Positions 61,019 through 64,000 of a DNA stretch of 64,000 nt are shown here, piece by piece. Position 1 is the first letter of the stretch; each line of letters starts with the position of its first letter. The stretch comes from Candidatus Stahliibacteriota bacterium (GTDB taxonomy: Bacteria > Hydrothermota > Tepidihabitantia > B3-TA06). The stretch spans positions 1,170 through 65,169 of the forward strand of contig SOJW01000020.1 of assembly GCA_004375895.1 (NCBI GenBank), written 5' to 3'. The notes under the pieces were generated by a model. It saw only the letters and a list, made by a program, of their open reading frames with translations, searched no databases and was not told the origin of the DNA. Both the position numbers and the translations under genes were made by a program.

Positions 61019-62853
61019 TTGGTCTCCTTGTTAGTTTCATCGCGTCCATCAGGACGCGTAGGTGTGTTACGGGTGTTATTTCCTTTTGAACGGAGCGTAT
61101 GCTCCGAGTAATTGTGAGAATGCCCCGAAGGGGTACGGGTAAGGGGTAGTTTTACGGTGAAGCGTGATCCCTTGCCTTTCTTGCTTTCAACCTTGATTGT
61201 CCCCCCGTGTGAGGTGACGATCCCGTGAACCACGGCCAACCCAAGACCGGTTCCTTGCCCGACCTCCTTGGTGGTAAAGAATGGCAGGAATATCTGTCTT
61301 TGAACCTCCTCGTCCATACCCGTACCCGTATCCTCCACGATCAGAATAACCTCCTCCTCTGTTGCTCTTGTTCTTATGGTGAGCCTTCCTCCGCCAGACA
61401 TTGCCTGGAGTCCATTTACGACCAGATTGACAAGTACCTGGTTCAGCTGTGACGGGTCGGCGGTGATCTCAGCCAGCCCCTCGGTAAGATCGCGCACCAC
61501 CTCGATCCCCTCCTTTTCGCAGCGGCTCTCAAGGAAGTAAAGCCCCTCTTCCACTATCCGGTTAAGATTGACCAGTGTTTTATGGGCGGGCATCTGACGG
61601 GCGAATATGAGAAGCTTCTTTACCACCTCCCTGGCGTGAAGTGCTGCGTTTTCGATCCTCCTCATGTCCTTGCGCGCCTGTTCAGGCAACCCATCGGACT
61701 TGCGGGCAAGCTGGGCAAATCCAAGGATAGCGCCCAGGGGTTCGTTAAGCTCGTGTGCCACGCCTGCTGCAAGCTGGCCCAGAGTAGCCAGGCGATCCGC
61801 GTGACGAAGCTGTTCCTCAAGCTTGGTCCGTTCGGCTTCCCACTGCCTGCGTTCGATTATAAGCACGAGCTGAGCGGCCACCGCGTCCAGAAGGCTCTGC
61901 TCCTCTGCGATGAAAAGCTCCACCTCAAGCTCAGGCTTCTCCTCTGAGTAGAACACCTCCACCACGCCTCGTTTTACTCCATCGACTACGATATCCGCGG
62001 CCAGCCGGTAGCGGGTTTCGGTACATCTCGGCGGGCAGCAGTAATCCTTATCATCCAGTATTATCCTAGCCGAGGCTATATCCGGGTATCGCATGGCTGG
62101 TGGCAACAAATCGGCTATGCCGCCAAGGATCTTCTCGAGAGATATGCCCGGTTCCTCAACCAGTCGGGCTATCCCGTAAAGGCAGTAGAGTTCCTTGACG
62201 CGCTCACGCAGTTTGGTCTGCGCTCTGCGGCCTGCCATTGCTATCCCTATGGTCTGGGCAACGCCCTCGTAGAACTCTATCTCTTCAACGGTAAAGAAGT
62301 TCTTCTCTCTGCTTTTTAATTGAATCAGCCCGTTATTGTTATCGTCTATTACAAAAGGGATCATTGCGAGTGAGGAGTAATCACCGGTAGACGCCAGATC
62401 AGTAGGGGTTTCCTCGCCCGTTTGGGAACTCAGCGCCTCCTTCAGGTTGCCAGTCCAGAAGCTGCCGGTTTTGGTGAAGTAAGGGTAGGAGCTGTCAAAG
62501 TTACCACCTAACAGTATCTTACAGGTTTGTTCCAGGCTTGAACCATCCGGCAGGCATGGGAGCGCCAGCCCCTTCTCATCCTGTATATAGGGGAGTTTCT
62601 CGAACTGAAAGCGCTCATTGGGTTCCATCCTGGCTTCCCACCGGTAGTGCAGCTTGCCGTCGGTGATGCGCAGCTCAACCGCATCGCATCCGGAGAAGCG
62701 GATGAGCATCCTTGAGACCTCGCGCTGGAACTCAATCCTCGGCGCGCCGCGGTTGGCGAACTGCAGTATCCTCCGCGAGAGTGCCGAGAAATCGTGAGAT
62801 CTCTTGCTTGCCCTCGCTTTGGTGTCAACCGACCTTGAGCTTTTGCCTGTCAT
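61015..62853 (-). CDS. Cytoplasmic GAF-containing sensor histidine kinase with repeat-encoded tail
   Basis: H-box HELNEPLGAI, N/G boxes, no TM segment; last ~45 aa (...NNTRNTPTRPDGRDETNKETK) are encoded by GTGTTACGG element copy 5; ATGA overlap with the regulator gene. Confidence 0.88.
   Translation of the reverse strand: MTGKSSRSVDTKARASKRSHDFSALSRRILQFANRGAPRIEFQREVSRMLIRFSGCDAVELRITDGKLHYRWEARMEPNERFQFEKLPYIQDEKGLALPCLPDGSSLEQTCKILLGGNFDSSYPYFTKTGSFWTGNLKEALSSQTGEETPTDLASTGDYSSLAMIPFVIDDNNNGLIQLKSREKNFFTVEEIEFYEGVAQTIGIAMAGRRAQTKLRERVKELYCLYGIARLVEEPGISLEKILGGIADLLPPAMRYPDIASARIILDDKDYCCPPRCTETRYRLAADIVVDGVKRGVVEVFYSEEKPELEVELFIAEEQSLLDAVAAQLVLIIERRQWEAERTKLEEQLRHADRLATLGQLAAGVAHELNEPLGAILGFAQLARKSDGLPEQARKDMRRIENAALHAREVVKKLLIFARQMPAHKTLVNLNRIVEEGLYFLESRCEKEGIEVVRDLTEGLAEITADPSQLNQVLVNLVVNGLQAMSGGGRLTIRTRATEEEVILIVEDTGTGMDEEVQRQIFLPFFTTKEVGQGTGLGLAVVHGIVTSHGGTIKVESKKGKGSRFTVKLPLTRTPSGHSHNYSEHTLRSKGNNTRNTPTRPDGRDETNKETK
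61061..61150 (+). repeat. GTGTTACGG composite element, copy 5
   Basis: gtgtgttacgggtgttatttcctt...tgagaatgccccgaaggggtacgggtaagggg. Confidence 0.85.
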
Positions 62854-62864
62854 AGGTATAAACT

Positions 62865-62892
62865 ATACTAATAATTTAGCCTCAAATGTCAA
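62865..62892 (-). promoter_or_regulatory. Putative promoter of the kinase/regulator operon
   Basis: Minus strand TTGACA-16 nt-TAGTAT, 11 nt before ATG 62853, no SD. Confidence 0.45.
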
Positions 62893-62963
62893 GCGATGTT
62901 TGGACACCCCAACCCCTTGACAATAGCCACCTCGGGGATGAACTATTTGCATAAGGAGGAGAT

Positions 62964-63267
62964 ATGTTACGTAAGACGAGTATTTTGATACTACTTCTTG
63001 CCCTCGGCTTAAGTGCTGAGCTTTGGGTGAACGCCATCCGCTACCCTGCAGGCAACGTGCGGGAGAAGAACTTATTCTGGACAGGTTGAAATCTACGATG
63101 CTTCGGGCCGAGAGGTTTACAGCCGCTCTATTCAACCTGGCACCCGCAAACTTCTCTGTGCAACGGATGATATTCCGGCAGGACTTTACTTCTATCGGTT
63201 CAGGTAGGGGGATCGAATCATAGCCGCGAAGCCGGTGATTCTGAGGTTGTTTTCACCCGTAAGCTAG
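62964..63267 (+). pseudogene. Decayed secreted protein: signal peptide + T9SS-type C-terminal sorting domain
   Basis: AAGGAGG + MLRKTSILILLLALGLSA...; after a frameshift QVEIYDASGREVYSRSIQPGTRKLL...DIPAGLYFYRFR*GDRIIAAKPVIL with an internal TAG. Confidence 0.5.
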
Positions 63268-63274
63268 TGGATGA

Positions 63275-63901
63275 TTAACTTTCCGTGTGTCCAGGCAGGA
63301 GCGGCACGAACTGGCACTCGGAGAGCTCGCGTAAACGCAATCCTCCTCGAGTTTTGGTTATCAGGTTGATACGACCTTTCAACGGGATAACCATCCGGCT
63401 GCCCGGCTTGAGTTGATCCACCAGGTTAGACGGCACCTCCTCGGTCCCAGCGCTCACGATGATTGCGTCGTAAGGGGCATGCTCTGACCATCCCAGCATC
63501 CCGTCACCTGCACGAAGATGTGCTGTTCCACACCCGGCACGAACGAGCCTCTCACTTACCTCCTTTAGTAGAGAAAGATTGCGTTCGATGCTGTAGACCT
63601 CGGCGACCAGTTTGGTCAAGAGCGCCGTCTGAAAGCCCGAACCTGTCCCGATCTCAAGCACGCGGTCTCGAGAAGATAATTGGAGAGCGGTAAGCATCGC
63701 TGCCACCGTGGATGGGGCGGAGATCGTTTGAGAGCCGCCTATGGGAAGGGCTGCGTCAGTATAGGCTTTATGTTCCAGCCCCGGCGGCACGAAGAGGTGA
63801 CGAGGTACGCTCACGAACGCTTTGAGTATCCTCTCATCTCCTATGCCCTTGCTGCGCAGGGCGTGGATCAACCTTTGAAGATCTCGTTCGTTGAATTGCA
63901 T
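63275..63901 (-). CDS. pcm: Protein-L-isoaspartate O-methyltransferase
   Basis: VPRHLFVP, GGSQTISAPSTVA, VLEIGTGSGFQTALL. Confidence 0.9.
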   Translation of the reverse strand: MQFNERDLQRLIHALRSKGIGDERILKAFVSVPRHLFVPPGLEHKAYTDAALPIGGSQTISAPSTVAAMLTALQLSSRDRVLEIGTGSGFQTALLTKLVAEVYSIERNLSLLKEVSERLVRAGCGTAHLRAGDGMLGWSEHAPYDAIIVSAGTEEVPSNLVDQLKPGSRMVIPLKGRINLITKTRGGLRLRELSECQFVPLLPGHTES

Positions 63902-63906
63902 CTTCC

Positions 63907-63935
63907 ATTATAGCGTATGCTTGAGTGTGGGTCAA
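63907..63935 (-). promoter_or_regulatory. Sigma-70 promoter, leaderless-type, of pcm
   Basis: Minus strand TTGACC-17 nt-TATAAT-5 nt-ATG 63901. Confidence 0.6.
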
Positions 63936-64000
63936 CACACTCGGTCTGGCAAGAAAACCCTGTGTTCCTACACCAAGGGATGGTTACCAGGACGCCAGGG

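Overview
This is a chromosomal segment from a GC-rich bacterium. Markers suggest the FCB superphylum: a T9SS C-terminal-domain relic, a TonB-receptor/DUF4249 pair and LA_2272-like surface repeats. About 58 genes are called. Housekeeping blocks are recF-DUF721-gyrB-M42 peptidase-EF-G paralogue, PGM/PMM-glmS, recA-recX-alaS-scpB, and a Znu/Tro-type metal ABC transporter. Accessory modules are a six-gene alpha-2-macroglobulin envelope operon, a LuxC/LuxE pair, an RsbR-RsbS-RsbT stressosome module, a Roadblock/small-GTPase pair, and a sigma-54 operon with tandem glutamate dehydrogenase genes next to an NtrC-type two-component pair. Promoters are classical TTGACA-N16/17-TATAAT, and several sit so close to the ATG that leaderless mRNAs are likely. 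Four things stand out. (1) Two AT-rich cargo islets (DUF262-HNH; DUF488 plus an unknown 270-aa protein) share the same left and right boundary motifs. (2) A RAYT gene lies between identical 94-nt hairpin repeats. (3) Two further dispersed repeat families exist: GTGTTACGG arrays with a CCCCGAAGGGG hairpin, and an AATTAATGCTCCTTTT-hairpin-AAAAGATCGCAGAA element. Both are repeatedly absorbed into gene ends or interiors. (4) One GDH paralogue has lost the catalytic lysine. No CRISPR array, rRNA or intact prophage was seen. All calls come from reading the sequence; no database search was run.
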